This document shows positions 1 through 17,500 of a stretch of 64,000 bases of DNA, in pieces; within the stretch, counting starts at the first letter, position 1, and each line of letters opens with the position of its first letter. The DNA is taken from contig OZ024742.1 of assembly GCA_964016885.1 (NCBI GenBank), positions 270,630,001 to 270,694,000 on the forward strand. The letters are read 5' to 3'. Under the pieces are notes generated by a model. It searched no databases, had not been told where the DNA came from, and worked only from the letters and a program-made list of their open reading frames with translations. The position numbers were made by a program, and so were the translations under genes. This DNA comes from Eledone cirrhosa. Its lineage: Eukaryota.

Positions 1-1989
1 GTGGCCTAGATATTCCATGCCTAGATGAAGCACTGTCTAAACGGTGAGGCAGTGTCTCATCCGATCTTCATAATCATTTATTAGAACCAGAAAACTGGTG
101 AACCAGTTGAATTTGCATTCATAGTGGAAGCTGGCATTTTAATGCTTCAGAATAGCATGTGAGGATGTTTTGGCATCTCAATTACCTGTGATTCTATTTT
201 ATTGACGAATAAATGATTGACATTATATGATTTTATATTATGATGTACAGAAGAGTATGTTGTTTTGAATGGACTTATAGGAAAAACCTCTAGGGTACAT
301 ACGTAACCCTCCACCGCAGAGAGGGAATAGAATGTAAGTAAGAGGGACAGAAAGAGAGCTCTCCTAGGACATGCTATGTTGTTGCTCTCTGACAAAGATA
401 TACCGAAGCCAACAAGATTATAGGCGGCTGGCAATTTCGGATAGGGTTTGAAAACCAGAAACAGACAAACACATTGCTAATATTTACGGCAACAACAATA
501 TTTTCACGATTTTTTCCATGGATGTGAGCCCATTGGTGAGTAACACAAATAATCTAATGGTTCAATAAAAAAGGATTTTCGAAAGCTGTACTATTATTCA
601 TCACGAATGGAAAGAGGGAAAAATCTAAGGTAATGGAATATGTCTTCAATATTTATATCCCCGAAATTTGAGATGATATAAGTGAGCATAATTTTACGGT
701 AGTTGAAAGTTTATTTTTAAAGAGGGACACATTGAAATTCATTTCCAAACATCACGTTATATCGGTGTTGAGAGGAGCAAGCAGAGAGTGAATGATTGGA
801 AAGATATATTATATCTTTCCATCGAATTTTGTCAGAACCTATGACCTATTTGTTTTGCAACGGTTGGAAATTCATTTAATTTTGGTATGTGTATTTTCGT
901 ATTCATACGGGTAATGTAATTGAAAGGAGGAGCTTTTTTACAAGTCACCCGAAAGTTTCAATTCCTCGATTATAACATCATCGCCACGTCCTGCTTTTAC
1001 AAAAAAAAAAAAAGAAAATGAAATCCATCATGTGTAACAGGCTGCTACCGAAAGAAGGGAAGTGAATAACTATCTCACTTCCGAAGAGAAAGTAAAAGAC
1101 AGTAAAAACCAAAAATAAATATATCAAGTGGAGTCATTCTCCCAACCACACTTTACAATGAACACAACATTCATGAAAAGACCGATGGAAAACGTAAATT
1201 ATTCATTCGTCTATATGAGGTTATATTCATTGTTGACGAGCGCTATGTCCGATGAGTAAGTGCAACATCCAAAAGTTAAGATACTGTTGAATAAATATAT
1301 AGAAAATCATGAATATGAATGTCATTAAGTAATCCATCATCATAAGGCGCATATTTTTTCGGTCTGCGTGAACCCCAAATATTTATCATGTATTTTCAGG
1401 GTGTGTGAGTATATAAATATCAGTGTGGTTATTATTGTTTCTTCAAAGCATTTCGGCTTGTCCATCCATCATTGGTTTCGTAAACATCGTGTATAACGTT
1501 TTATATATGTGTTCATATGGTATATTTTAGCGAAAGAAAACATTCTGCAACGAATCATCTTATACATAATATAAGCATACTCAGATGTACATACATACGT
1601 ATATATATTTATATTTGTCACATCTATTATACGGGGTGAAATACAATACTAATAAATTATGATGTTAGCATAGATTAATTATAATAATAAAAATAATAGA
1701 TAGTTATATATATATCAACCGTATATATGTATACAACAGTGTCGTTGATGAGAGGAAGTTAAGTAGCGTTTATTTCAGAGTGATACAGGTGACATAGACG
1801 TTGCTTTGGTAGTCGTTTGTAGCATTATTTACTGTCACTTCGTTACCAAATAAGCATGCCTTATCTACACACACCCCATCCATCCTACATATATATCCGT
1901 CCACACTACGATCCTCCAATTTCCTACAGAACCATCTTCTATTTCTCCCTCACTATTCATCTACCTACCGTCCCCACACTCACCCCATT

Positions 1990-4890
1990 TTCAATTTTCC
2001 ACATCCACCTCTTGCACCTCGTATGTAATGCCTGCCTCTCCTCAGGCATCCACCCCACGTGAGGTGGAACACGCGCTACAGACGCAAGAAAGCAACGACC
2101 TGCTTCAACTGTAACAACTTCTAACTCTCTTCACGTCAAACTCACACGACGCACGACGGAATCCTTGCACCGATGGCACTGCCCGCCATGACTATCCACC
2201 ATGACACTACTGGTGAACATCGGCGCCCAACACATCGAGGACCTGAACATGCTTGACACATATGAGGCTCTGGTGACGATATCCCACCTCTGGCTATCAC
2301 GGAGAGTCATCATCAAGATCCCCACGGTAGTCAGCACTCCTGTGGCAGAGGGGCTAGCGACTTCAATAGAACGAGTGTTCGTCTCCGGCGGCTCACAAGA
2401 ATGAACAAATTATTCAGTTTTACGACCCTCTTAATCCGAATACCGTTGGTAGGGTAACCGACAGTGAGAGAAAGATCGGGCACCCATCTCACGTCGAGGC
2501 TTAAGGGCAATATCGGTTTTTCTGCGAGATTTCCACCCCTTTCATGCTTCCCCCCAGTACTAACTCAACGTCCGCAATCCTCTTCAAACAGCCTGAAACA
2601 TCTCCGGGACAGAGTCAACCACAAAACATTTGAGGGCGACGTTTCGGGGGCAGTACGTGTGCTGGCCTCGAATGACAATGTGCTCTAGCCTACAACGGAT
2701 CTCTCATCCACGTTTTGCCTAGAACCTCCGAACTCCACAGCAGACATCAGAAATATTCCAGCACCTGCAAGCTATCTTTCATCGGCTGCCTTCAGTGAGG
2801 ACGCTGTAGCTTCCCTTAGATATTTCCCAGGTAGCAATAGTGGCGGAGTGGAAGACTTGCTCCCCGGTCACCTCAGAGACCTCGTCTCGTCTCACTGTGT
2901 ATAAGCATGGGACCATTTTCTCCAGTCCTTAACAAACCTCACCAACAGTCCCCTCCGCGCTAACTTTTCCAGCCATGCCGACGATCTCTTATTCTCAGCT
3001 GGTCTGACCGCCCTGAGGAAGAATAACGAAGGCATCCAACCAATCGTAGTGGGAAACGACTTCCGACGACTTTTCAGCCAAGATGGCTTGCAGGTCAGTC
3101 AAAGCGAGGTGCTAAACCCTGTCCAGCTGGGAGTGTGAATCAAGTGTGGATGTGAGGCTGCAGCTCATGTTGCCAGACACGCCATAGAGCTTGCGCCTCC
3201 TTTGTCGCCAAAATTCTTTGAGAAATTGGACATGAAAAACGCCTTCAACAGCGTTATATGGGATGACGCCCTAGAGCACTGTCTCAAATCAGACGTTTCT
3301 ATTTACCCCGATGCTCACTGTTCGACCGGAACACCCAGCTCACTCTTGGCTGGTGACAACAGAGTTACCTAACTCCACGGTCTTTGCAGCAGGGAGACGC
3401 ACACAGCTCACTCCTCCTTGCCATCACAGTCGACGAATTTGCTCGTTAGGTCTAGTCACCCCTTAAAGTTTGATGCTTGGACGATGCGACGGTAGATGGC
3501 CTAGCTGAGACAGTAGTGGTGGAATTTCTGTAAATCATCCCAGCTCTAAACTCCTCGGATTTGAAAGGAATCCATTCAAGTCGGTAGTGACATGCATCAG
3601 CTACGGAGAAGCCGAATTATACAACGCAGTACTTAACAACCATCCCATCTTCTCCGGGACTCGGTTAACACACAAATACGCTGCATGCATTCTCGGCCCT
3701 CCGATTCACTCGAAAGCCATGTTAGAATGCCCGGAGATCAATCATGCAGATTTGTTCTGAATGGCAGACATACTGTGTCGCATTGACCTTTAGCCGGTGC
3801 TCTTGCTGTTGAGGAAATGTTTCACCCTCCACGACATTGACACCCCCGCGCAAATCTAGATGAACTTCACCTCAATATCCGACGTTGTGCGGAACTCACC
3901 TGCAATATCAGGATTGAAAGCACCGCCAGGTTCGGATGCTTTGGTCTGCGATCAACTTCACATTTGGCTCTACCTGCCTAACTTTTCTCAATATTCTCTA
4001 GTCGGGTTCTTGTCAGCGAGGTTCTCAGCCAGACGACCGAATCCAATATTGCCCCAGAGCTTGACCAGGCTTTATTCGACTGGACAGGCGAAGGCTCTCT
4101 GTGCTCCAGTATACAAATGTTCAAGGTAACTGCCTCCGCTTCACAGCCAAACAGCAGCACGTAGACCACTTCGCTGCACTCGCATAGAAGTGAGCCAACG
4201 TCTCGGATTCCACGTGTGTGAGCCACATAAATGGTGTTGAATGGCGGTCGTCGAATATTTCATCCTGCTCCCACTGTCATGCCGCCAGAGCGCAGGCCAG
4301 TTTCGTCGTCACATTGGTTGGGAGCGTGGATGCCGTTCGCTTGTCATCACAACTGGCACCAGTAGGCCTTGGCTACTGAGAGGGCAAGCGCCTGGATGGA
4401 ATCAAAATCTTCCCATTCGAAGGAAGTCATATGGGACGCCACATCTGACAAGTTCTCCGCATCTAACTTAGTAGATTCGGCCACAATCCCCCTCTACTGC
4501 AGTCCGATATGTAGAAGAAAGGAAAATAAACAGATACCATGGATTGTCCGGCCGCTTCCTCTTCGCACCGGTCACCGTCGAGACCTCAGGCGTACTTGGA
4601 CTCCGCACTGTCGAGTTCCTGCGCAAACTCAGAACGTCTGAGGGTGTTTGTTGTGACGGTCGTTGCTGGCCATAATCCACGTTATTGTTCGTAGGACACA
4701 GTCTCATTACCACCTAGCCCTAAACTCAAAGCACAATCCCACCTTCCCCTCTTCATTCTCCCGTGACCCATCCTTTTCCATTTTTTTTATACTTTCAAAT
4801 TTTACATTCCATTCTTTGTCCACAATCAAATATTTTTTTTCTATTAAATTATTTTTAATATTATAAACATCAACTACTGTCAATAAAGTT
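1990..4890 (+). mobile_element. Degenerate CRE-clade-like non-LTR retrotransposon (RT plus restriction-like endonuclease)
   Basis: Collinear motifs broken by stops and frameshifts: GDVSGAVRVLASND (~2635), LLPGHLRDLV (~2857), LTALRKNNEGIQPIVVGNDFRRL (~3004), VQLGV*xxCGCEAAAH (~3121), KLDMKNAFNS (~3224), QQGD (~3387), LDDAT (~3477), VCEPH...LSCRQSAG..RH Zn knuckle (~4214-4312), IWDAT (~4429), FAPVTVETSGVLG (~4563). AATAAA at ~4882. The 5' boundary is approximate. Confidence 0.8.
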
Positions 4891-5184
4891 TAATTATTTA
4901 CGTGTTTAATATTCAAATGCAACTAGAAATAAAGCCTGCGTACATATTGATATTTTGTAATTATATGCTTGATATTATTTGTGCATTCATATAACATCAT
5001 GCTGGTTTTAATGATTTTATAATCTAGTAACTGCTCAAAATTCTTTGTCAGTGATATATATGTGTAATAAACAAACACGAAAATAATGCAAATAGAAGGC
5101 CGCAATCAATAACAATCTAAAATATCGTATGAGCACATACATACACACACACACACATATATATACATACACACAATTATATAC

Positions 5185-5430
5185 ATATGTATGTATGGGT
5201 TATATCGAAAATTAATAATAATGTTTGATTCATTTGTAAACAAACCCTGTTGGTGACAGATCGTTACGCGTTTGTTTAACATTGGCTTTTGGGAACAATC
5301 AACATGTATCTGGGGCATTACACTTCATCAGGATGTATACATCTCTGCCAATGTGATACATAGGCCTTTGTTCACAAACGAACCGAACAGTATTATTAAT
5401 GTTCGATATAACCCAAACGTACATGTGTAT
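5185..5430 (-). repeat. Degenerate copy of the ~400-450 bp HHR-bearing non-coding repeat family, with an internal inversion
   Basis: Reverse-complement similarity to 6100-6300. 5187-5245 is inverted relative to 5365-5430. The minus strand reads CTGATGA-agtgtaatgcccca-GATA-CATGTT (GAAA mutated). Confidence 0.65.
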
Positions 5431-5779
5431 ATGTGTATCAAAAATACTATACATATATTCATACATACATCGCCATTTCAGATCACCGATACTAATTCCT
5501 AATTTTTGGTGGATCGGCAACCGCTGTTTAATCAACTCTTAAACATCACTGCAAATCTATAAGAATCTATCTCGGCTGAAGCGAGGGGATATATAACGTT
5601 GACAACCGTTAATGAGCGAGAAACGGCCGTCAGTTCCTGTGCTTTGCATTTGCCGAGACTAAATTGGTGACATAGTCACTACTTTGAAATTCATAGCGAA
5701 TGGTCTTCAAAATGTTTTAAAATAAACATACAATATATTATCAACTATACTATTCATACATTGATATATATATATTCAT

Positions 5780-5854
<75 letters not shown>

Positions 5855-5984
5855 CGTGCGCGCACGTGTATGAGTGTGTGTGTGTGCGTGTGTGTGTATG
5901 TGTCTGTGTGTCTATATATATAAGTGTATGTATGCATACTTACATTTATGTCTCAGTTGAACTAAGGCCAGCAATACAATTCTA

Positions 5985-6330
5985 ATTTTATTTCTAATAT
6001 TCGGCAAGGCCAGCCGCAACTCACTCGATATGCAAATGTGGCTACTCAGCCGAAGAATACTTATATATAGAGAAAATACTATATATTTCCCACCGTTCAA
6101 CACATTGGCAGAGAGGTATACAGTCCTGATGAAGGGTAATTACCCAGAAACATGTTGAATGTTCCACAAAGCCAGAGTTGAACAAACAGATAACGTACGG
6201 TCACCGATCGATACAGCTTCAAATCAGGCAGTTTCGTTACAGACAAATCCTAATATCATGTTCAGTGCTCGATATAACCCATACGTACATATGTATATGT
6301 ACATATATACATATATATGTACATATATAC
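5985..6330 (+). repeat. HHR-bearing non-coding repeat family copy
   Basis: Shares ACTCACTCGATATGCAAAT and the downstream layout with 43183-43690 and with the reverse complement of 29815-30270. Confidence 0.7.
6120..6162 (+). ncRNA. Minimal type I hammerhead ribozyme motif
   Basis: acagtc-CTGATGA-a-GGGT aatt ACCC-a-GAAAC-at-GTT-gaatgt. Stem I pairs 5 of 6, and the stem III region AACATGTT is palindromic. Confidence 0.65.
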
Positions 6331-6339
6331 ATATATGCT

Positions 6340-6760
6340 TTGGGAGGGTCATGTTGCCAATAAAAAACACACGCACCTAAAGTTTCACTCCAATTTATTA
6401 TAAATTAAACTTATAAATTTAAGAATTTATAAATTTCCGGTTGGTTGGTGGGTTCCACAAACGGACGGGTGTTCATATATTGTCAAAGTTCTTTCTTCAC
6501 ATATTCTGTGACCTCTCCAGTAACTGTGGATTTGTTTCTTTGTTTTTGTGCCTCTCCTTTGTTCTGTCCTACGCCATCTTGTTTTTGTGTGTATTGTGTG
6601 TTTAGTTTGCGCATGTGTTACATCCGGGTGTATGTGTGTGTTTAAATATGTTTATTTATTTGTTTATTTAATTGTTACTGGGTGGTTGTTTGTTGTATGT
6701 GTGTGTTTGTTTTCATTTTGTCCTTAATTGTAAATTGTGATGTTGCTATTCCATTCATGT
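6340..6760 (-). mobile_element. Degenerate PLE pseudo-LTR relic related to the 48.4/50.3/62.0 kb family
   Basis: GGGAGGGTCAT...ACACAC...GGTTGGTT and CTACGCCAT segments resemble 48418-48720. Decayed HHR-like core on the minus strand at ~6485-6522 (CTGGAGA-GGTCACA..TGTGAA-GAAAG). Confidence 0.45.
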
Positions 6761-6763
6761 TTT

Positions 6764-7305
<542 letters not shown>

Positions 7306-7350
7306 GAAAGTAAAACAAAGAAGCCTTCAATACATCAAAAGTCTTTATTA

Positions 7351-7388
7351 GCCAACAATGTTTCGTCCTATTAAGGACTCATCAGGGC
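7351..7388 (-). ncRNA. Minimal type I hammerhead ribozyme with a canonical core
   Basis: Minus strand: gcc-CTGATGA-G-TCCT taat AGGA-C-GAAAC-att-GTT-ggc, followed by AATAAA. Confidence 0.85.
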
Positions 7389-7831
7389 AATTAAAACAAC
7401 AAGAAGTATTATCGGCCAATACAAGACGAAAACTCCGAAGAATATAGACTGTACATACACTAAAGTATTTATAGATTATGGGTAAAAATATATAATAAAA
7501 ATCACTAAGGAGGTGTATAACATTTAGAACCTTATTACAAATATTGTCCAAAGCAAAAAAAAAACCTAGAGCTAAACAAAGGTGGTTATATAGAGCGGGA
7601 ATTATATATAATATTATATAATATAATATACTTGTAACAATATTAAAATTACAATAAAAATTAAAAGGTACAATATAGCTATGTATATATGTACGCACAC
7701 GTACGCACATATACACATACTTCAATACACATATCCATCTTTAACAGCACAAATTAAACCTAATTAAGAGTTTAAATATAAATAAGCATGATAGGAATAA
7801 AAATATGCATGATAGGAATAAAAATAATAAT

Positions 7832-7876
<45 letters not shown>

Positions 7877-8316
7877 GTTGGAGGTGAGTTTTATTGTAGT
7901 ACAATAAAGCAATGCAGATATCGGATAAGAAACACTCTACAGTTTGTGGGACTGGAGTATGCATAATATAAGATCAAAAGATGGTTAAAGGAGTTCCATA
8001 TATTTTATTATGCGCATTTCAAAAACAAACATCATCAAGCAATAATATTTGTGTTTTTATCAGATAAAATAGGAGAACATGATATGAAGGCTAAAAAACA
8101 CTTGTTGATAGTGCAGTTTTAAATCAACATATGAAAAGTGGTTTTAGATTGATGTGTGATATTGGGAAAAATATTTTATTTAGAGAGGGGGGGGGAGGAT
8201 GAAAAGGGAAGGAGATGAGAGGGAGAGATGGGTGATAGAGAGAAAGAGATAGTTTTTATAACTGAGAGGAGATATATTTTTTTTTTTACATAGAGGGGTT
8301 GAAAACCATATAGGTA

Positions 8317-9723
8317 TTGACTGATTTAATTGGTATCTTCATTTTGAACTCTTTGAGTCGGAAAATTCCTCAACTTCGCGGTGGAATTTATCGTGACGAT
8401 GGACTCTTTACTATCCTAAATTGCAATATAGTTAAACTTAATATTATTAAAAACAATATACGTAATCTCTTTAACCAACATAACCTAAAAATTGAATTTG
8501 ATAATAGTATCAAACTAGCTAATTTCTTGGATGTATCTCTTAATCTTGACACTGGCCTATATTACCCTTACCATAAAAACAATGAGAATCTTAATTATGT
8601 TAACTTTAAATCTAACCATCCTACCAATATCAAGAATGCTATAGTTAATAATATTGGAAATAGAATATCTAACATATCTTCTAATAAAAACATCTTTGAT
8701 GCTAACGCCAATTACTATAATAACGCACTTTCTAAAGCCGGCTATCCAGATAAAATCAAATATAATAAAGAAACAAATTCTAGGAAAACTTACAGTAGAA
8801 TAATTAATCATGACCATTCCAATAATTTTAATAAAAGACCTAGATACAAAAACATAATCTGGTATAATGCTCCTTTCTCCATCTCTATTAATAACAATAT
8901 TCCTAAATTATTTTTTAGTGCCTTAAATAAATGCTTCCCTCCCTCACATATCTATAGTAAAATATTTAACAAACACACCATCAAATTTTCGTATTCTACA
9001 TCCTCCAATATTTCCAACATCATCTCTAAACACAACAACAAAATATTAAATACTAAATCTCTTCCTTCCAATATTGAATTTCATAATAACAGTAATAGTA
9101 CTCCCGACGTCATTGTAAACCCTAGGCTAACTTCTGTAAACCCAAATACAACGTCAAACACAACTTCGCTAAATGTTCATAATCCAACTCTAAATCAAGA
9201 AACTATTATTCCTATTATTCCTATCGCAAACAACTTCTCCAATCCAATTCCTTCTATAGATAACACTAGATCACTCATTAATAATCTCTCTAATTGCAAC
9301 TGCCGCATTAAAAATAAATGTCCTCTCAACAACCATTGCCTCGATAAAAACTTAATTTATGAATGTAAAATTATAACTAGCACCAATTCCTTCACCTATT
9401 TTGGCTCCACTTCCACCTCTTTTAAAGCTCGTCTCTATAATCATCATTCATCTTTCAAATACAAACTTAAAAGAACTAACACTGCTCTCTCAGAACTCAT
9501 ATGGTCCTTAAAAGACAAAAACATTAAATATAACATCTTTTGGAAGAAGATTTCTTCTGCATCCTCATACTTGAACAGCTCTCTATCTAAAATCTGTAAT
9601 CTCTGCCTAAATGAAAAATTTACCATTATCTCTAACCTAGATTCTATAATAAATAGACGCTCAGATTTGTTTTCTATCTGCCTGCATAAATTCCATAGAA
9701 CTTTTCACAAAGTATACAGTTAA
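8317..9723 (+). CDS. PLE polyprotein C-terminal part: RT (YRDD), thumb and GIY-YIG endonuclease
   Basis: GGIYRDDGL, NFLDVSL, SNHP, IIWYNAPFS, CNC..CPL..CL, LIYECK...YFGST...FKARLYNH, CNLCLNEK. The frame is open but 5'-truncated, so the listed start is not a real initiator. Confidence 0.9.
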   Translation: MTDLIGIFILNSLSRKIPQLRGGIYRDDGLFTILNCNIVKLNIIKNNIRNLFNQHNLKIEFDNSIKLANFLDVSLNLDTGLYYPYHKNNENLNYVNFKSNHPTNIKNAIVNNIGNRISNISSNKNIFDANANYYNNALSKAGYPDKIKYNKETNSRKTYSRIINHDHSNNFNKRPRYKNIIWYNAPFSISINNNIPKLFFSALNKCFPPSHIYSKIFNKHTIKFSYSTSSNISNIISKHNNKILNTKSLPSNIEFHNNSNSTPDVIVNPRLTSVNPNTTSNTTSLNVHNPTLNQETIIPIIPIANNFSNPIPSIDNTRSLINNLSNCNCRIKNKCPLNNHCLDKNLIYECKIITSTNSFTYFGSTSTSFKARLYNHHSSFKYKLKRTNTALSELIWSLKDKNIKYNIFWKKISSASSYLNSSLSKICNLCLNEKFTIISNLDSIINRRSDLFSICLHKFHRTFHKVYS

Positions 9724-10828
9724 TATTCAATTCTTTATCAATTTAGAATCTTTTCTCAAAGGCACATATACATACACCTCTTTAAAATATACCCATCTAC
9801 CTTACTTTAAAGGGCATTATACACTCTATAATACTCGCTTACTCATTACCCTCATTCTATCTTCTCGTAAAATAATAACATTTGTTTTTGACATTTTGAA
9901 TATTCATCCGCAATCATTATTATTTTTTCTCTCTATCATAAATCTTTTTAATCTCAATTTCATCCTTAATTTATTATTATTTTTTTCTCCCCATCAACGA
10001 ACTCATTATTAATACATATTAACTATTTATTCGTACATATTATCAATTCAATATACAAACTTTAACTTCACATTATTTTTCTAAAATCCTTCTACACACA
10101 AACCTTAACAATTTTTCTCTTCGCTAATTTTGAAATTGCCACAACACATACATTTCTTCTTTTGACGTTAGAATATTCACCCACAATTATTATTTTTTTC
10201 TCTCTATCTTCATACATAATTTCCCTTCGTTAATTTTCAAATTCCTTTAATTTATACATTATCTTCCAACGGTTCCCAACCTCTCTATATTAAAACAATA
10301 TATCTTTTTCTCAGTTATAAAAACTATCTCTTTCTCTCTATCACCCATCTCTCCCTCTCCACCTTCACTCTCATCTCCTCCCCCCTTTTTTTCATCCTTT
10401 CCACCCCTCCCTCCCTAAATAAAATATTTTTTCCTCGCACATATCCTCCCTTCGTTAATTTTCAAAATTTTTAATTTATACAGTATCTTCCAACGGTTTT
10501 CAACCCCTCTATGTAAAAAAAAAAATATATCTCCTCTCAGTTATAAAAACTATCTCTTTCTCTCTATCACCCATCCTCCCTCTCATCTCCTTCCCTTTTC
10601 ATCCTCCCCCCCTCTCTAAATAAAATATTTTTCCCAATATCACACATCAATCTAAAACCACTTTTCATATGTTGATTTAAAACTGCACTATCAACAAGTG
10701 TTTTTTAGCCTTCATATCATGTTCTCCTGTTTTATCTGATGAAAACACAAATATTATTGCTTGATGATGTTTGTTTTTGAAATGCGCATAATAAAATATA
10801 TGGAACTCCTTTAACCATCTTTTGATCT

Positions 10829-13133
<2,305 letters not shown>

Positions 13134-13213
13134 AAAGTTCTATTTAAATTGTTGGGATACAATAAGTAAATATTTTATAACTGATATAAAGCACTCGACA
13201 ATTATTTGGAGTA

Positions 13214-13602
13214 GATATACGATATTAACAAATGGAAACTATATATATAAAACCATATATATTTCATTATACATATTTCAAAGATACCAAATTAAATTAT
13301 GGTATGCCTTCATCAATATATACCAGTTTTATAAATAAATATTGACGTAACCTTTCAAAATGCGACCATTAGTTTTGGAAGACATCAGGATAGTTCTGGA
13401 AGACATCAGGATACTATCCTGATGTCTTACAAAACTACCGGCCGCATTTTGAAAGGGTACGTCAATGTTTATTTATAAAACTGGTATATATTGTATTTTG
13501 TCTGATGAAGACATACCATAATTTAACTTGGTATCCTTGAAATATGTATAATGAAATAAATATGGTTTTATAAATATAGTTTCCATTTGCTAATATCATA
13601 TT
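13214..13602. repeat. ~390-bp imperfect palindrome of two inverted PLE pLTR-like units
   Basis: Arms at ~13214-13392 and ~13413-13602. The centre carries a ~21-bp tandem duplication (TGGAAGACATCAGGATA twice). Confidence 0.85.
13494..13558 (+). ncRNA. Type I hammerhead motif with an AUA triplet
   Basis: tattttgt-CTGATGA-agacATACCA...TGGTATcctt-GAAAT-atgt-ATA-atgaaata. Stem I is 8 bp with two G-U pairs. The base of stem II is mismatched. Confidence 0.6.
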
Positions 13603-13611
13603 TTTAATCCA

Positions 13612-14535
<924 letters not shown>

Positions 14536-14538
<3 letters not shown>

Positions 14539-17500
14539 ACATAAAAATAACCACTACCACAGTCACCAACAGTCTTCTAAACAGGAAACTTCTTCCTCTT
14601 TTTTAGCCATAATGAATCTGGCAAAAGAACTGGAAAAAAACATTCGAGCTATCACCCAGCACCACCCTCCACTATCACCCCACTGCACAAACTCCCATTG
14701 CTGCCATTAACAAACAAACAAATTAACAACACACCAAAACAATTAAAACCATCCACTCTCGCCTCTACATTTTTGCTTAACGCCCAAGGCATCAGCCCTT
14801 CCACCAATACTCAAAAATGGAAGATCAAATTCCTGGAGGACTGGATTGATGTCCATCCAAACCACATCCCTTTCTTCGTCCTCACTGAAACCCATCTCAG
14901 TAACCTCCACTTGGAAGCCGAGGTGAAAGTGAAAAATTTTAAAGCCATCCGTGCTGATCGCGCTGGCAGAAGAAAGGGCGGAACTGCCATTTATGTCCAT
15001 AATTCTTTCTCAACAGAGGCTATGAACATATTCACTAATGGATACTGTGAAGCAGTCACTGTATTCAGTCAAACCAACAACCTATTAGTAGTTGGGATCT
15101 ATAGGCCACCCCAAACGCCTGTACCATGCTTCAAGGAATGCCTCAACTGCATAAAGTGTTTCATCCAAGAGTGTCACCCTGACAACATCTTAATGATGGG
15201 GGACTTCAACCTCCCCGGAGTTGACTGGTCTACAAACAGCCTGCCACCAGGTTCTTCTGCCTCAACCTCTGACAGGGAAGCTGTGGAATCGCTTCTTGAC
15301 TTCATGGATGATTTCTTCCTATCCCAACTGGTGCTCGAACCAACGAGGTGCCACAAAAACGTCCTAGACTTAATTTTCAGCAATCACACTGACAATATCC
15401 ACAATATTGCAGTGGAGAAAACTCTACTCTCTGATCATGACATGGTTCTCTGTGATCTGAGATTCCACCATCCAATATATAAACCCAATGTCATCTCTCC
15501 TGTCCATCCGTTTGACGCTATGGATTTCCACAATGCAAACTGGGAAGCGATCAGTCATGATCTTGCACATGTCGACTGGTCCTTCACGCACACTCATACA
15601 CCCACTAACATCAAAAAGTCCTGGCAGACATTTGTGGACACTGTTACAAACATATGTGCTAAACACACCCCATTAAGAACTATAAACAAATCTAAGAGCA
15701 GTATCCCTAGAAATAGAAAAACGCTCATCAGAAAAATTAAGAGAACGAACAAAAAAATCAACAAGCTGAAATACTGTCAGCAGCAACACATCAACTTGAC
15801 TGCCATTTCATCACTAGAGATTAAAAAACATAACCTCCAAAACAACATAATGTCCCTCATCAACAATCAGAGAAGAGCTGAAGAGGCCTGGGCCATTGAG
15901 AAGATCAAACTCAATCCCAAAGTGTTCTTTTCATTTGCAAAAAAACACAAAATCACTGGCTCTACTGTTGGCCCTCTAATTGATGAAAATGGCACTCTTC
16001 AAGACAATGCTAAAACCATGGGTGAGATACTGCAGAAACAATACTGCTCTGTTTTCACCAATCCTGATATGGCCGATCTGGGCTGTATCGGCGATGTTAC
16101 TCCCCATTACACCTTATCGGACATAACGTTTGGCGCCCCTGATGTCTTGTCGGCAATAAAGGAAATCAAGCATAATTCAGTAGTAGGTCCCGATAGGTTC
16201 CCTGCTTGTGTCTTGAAGGCGTATCAACACCAACTTGCATCTCCTCTTGCCAATCTGTGGCGGAACTCACTGGATGCTGGATATGTGCCAGAAAACCTTC
16301 TATCCCAGTCTGTTGTCCCAGTTTTCAAAAAGGGAAACAAATCCCTTGCCGTGAATTACCGTCCAATCTCACTCACCTCTCATATCATTAAGGTATTTGA
16401 GCGAGTGGTGAGATCGCGAATGACCCACTTCCTTGAGAGTAACAATATACTGAACTCCAACCAGCATGGATTCCGTAATGGAAGGCATTGCCTGACGCAG
16501 CTACTGCATCACTTTGATGACATTTTGAGAGCCTTGGGAGAGGGTTCCAACACTGATGTTATCTACCTTGATTTCAGCAAGGCCTTTGACAGGGTTGATC
16601 ATAACATTCTACTGAGAAAGCTGTCCAATATTGGTGTCACTGGAAAGCTGCTGCAGTGGATCAAGAGCTTCCTGTCAAACAGAACCCAACATGTTGTAGT
16701 TGAGGGAGTCAAATCAAGCCCAGCCAAAGTCAGTAGTGGGGTCCCACAAGGCACTGTGTTGGGCCCACTTCTCTTCATCATCTATATTAATGACATCACT
16801 GACATCATCAAACACAGCAACATTAAAATTTTCGCTGATGATTCCAAGCTCCAAAAGGTCATCAATGGCGTGGATGACCGGATAAGCCTTCAGTCAGACC
16901 TACTGGCTGTTACCCAATGGGCAGAAAAGAACAACATGTTACTGAACGAAGACAAATTCGAACTGATCCACTTTGGAAAAGAGGATGCTCTGAAACTCCC
17001 GTACTCCCTTCCCTCCGGGGAAACTCTCGTGGCATCTAACAACATCAGAGACTTGGGAGTAACCGTGGACAGCAACATAAGCTGGACCACGCATATAAGC
17101 AGCAAAGTTGACATGGCCCGCAGAATGTGTTCCTGGATCCTCAGAACCTTCCAGTCGAGAGATTCCCGCACCATTATCCTTCTCTTCTCTACATTTGCCC
17201 GACCACACCTTGAATACTGTTGTCCATTGTGGTCTCCCCACACGAAACAAAGTATCATGAAACTTGAAGCTCCTCAAAGGGCAATCACGAAAAAGATAGA
17301 TGGCATGTCAGACCTTGACTACTGGGGTCGATTAGAAAACCTGAAACTTTACTCACTCCAACGTCGCCGTGAGCGTTATATTATCTGCATGATGTGGAAA
17401 ATGTTCCATCATCACTGCCCAAATGATGTTGGCATCGCCTTCAAGATACACCCAAGGCTTGGGCCCCGTGCTATCCGTCCCATTCAAAAATCTAAATCGC

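Noticed and set aside
1-1850. Possible decayed DNA transposon or coding relic
   Set aside because: I could not identify any motif or terminus with confidence.
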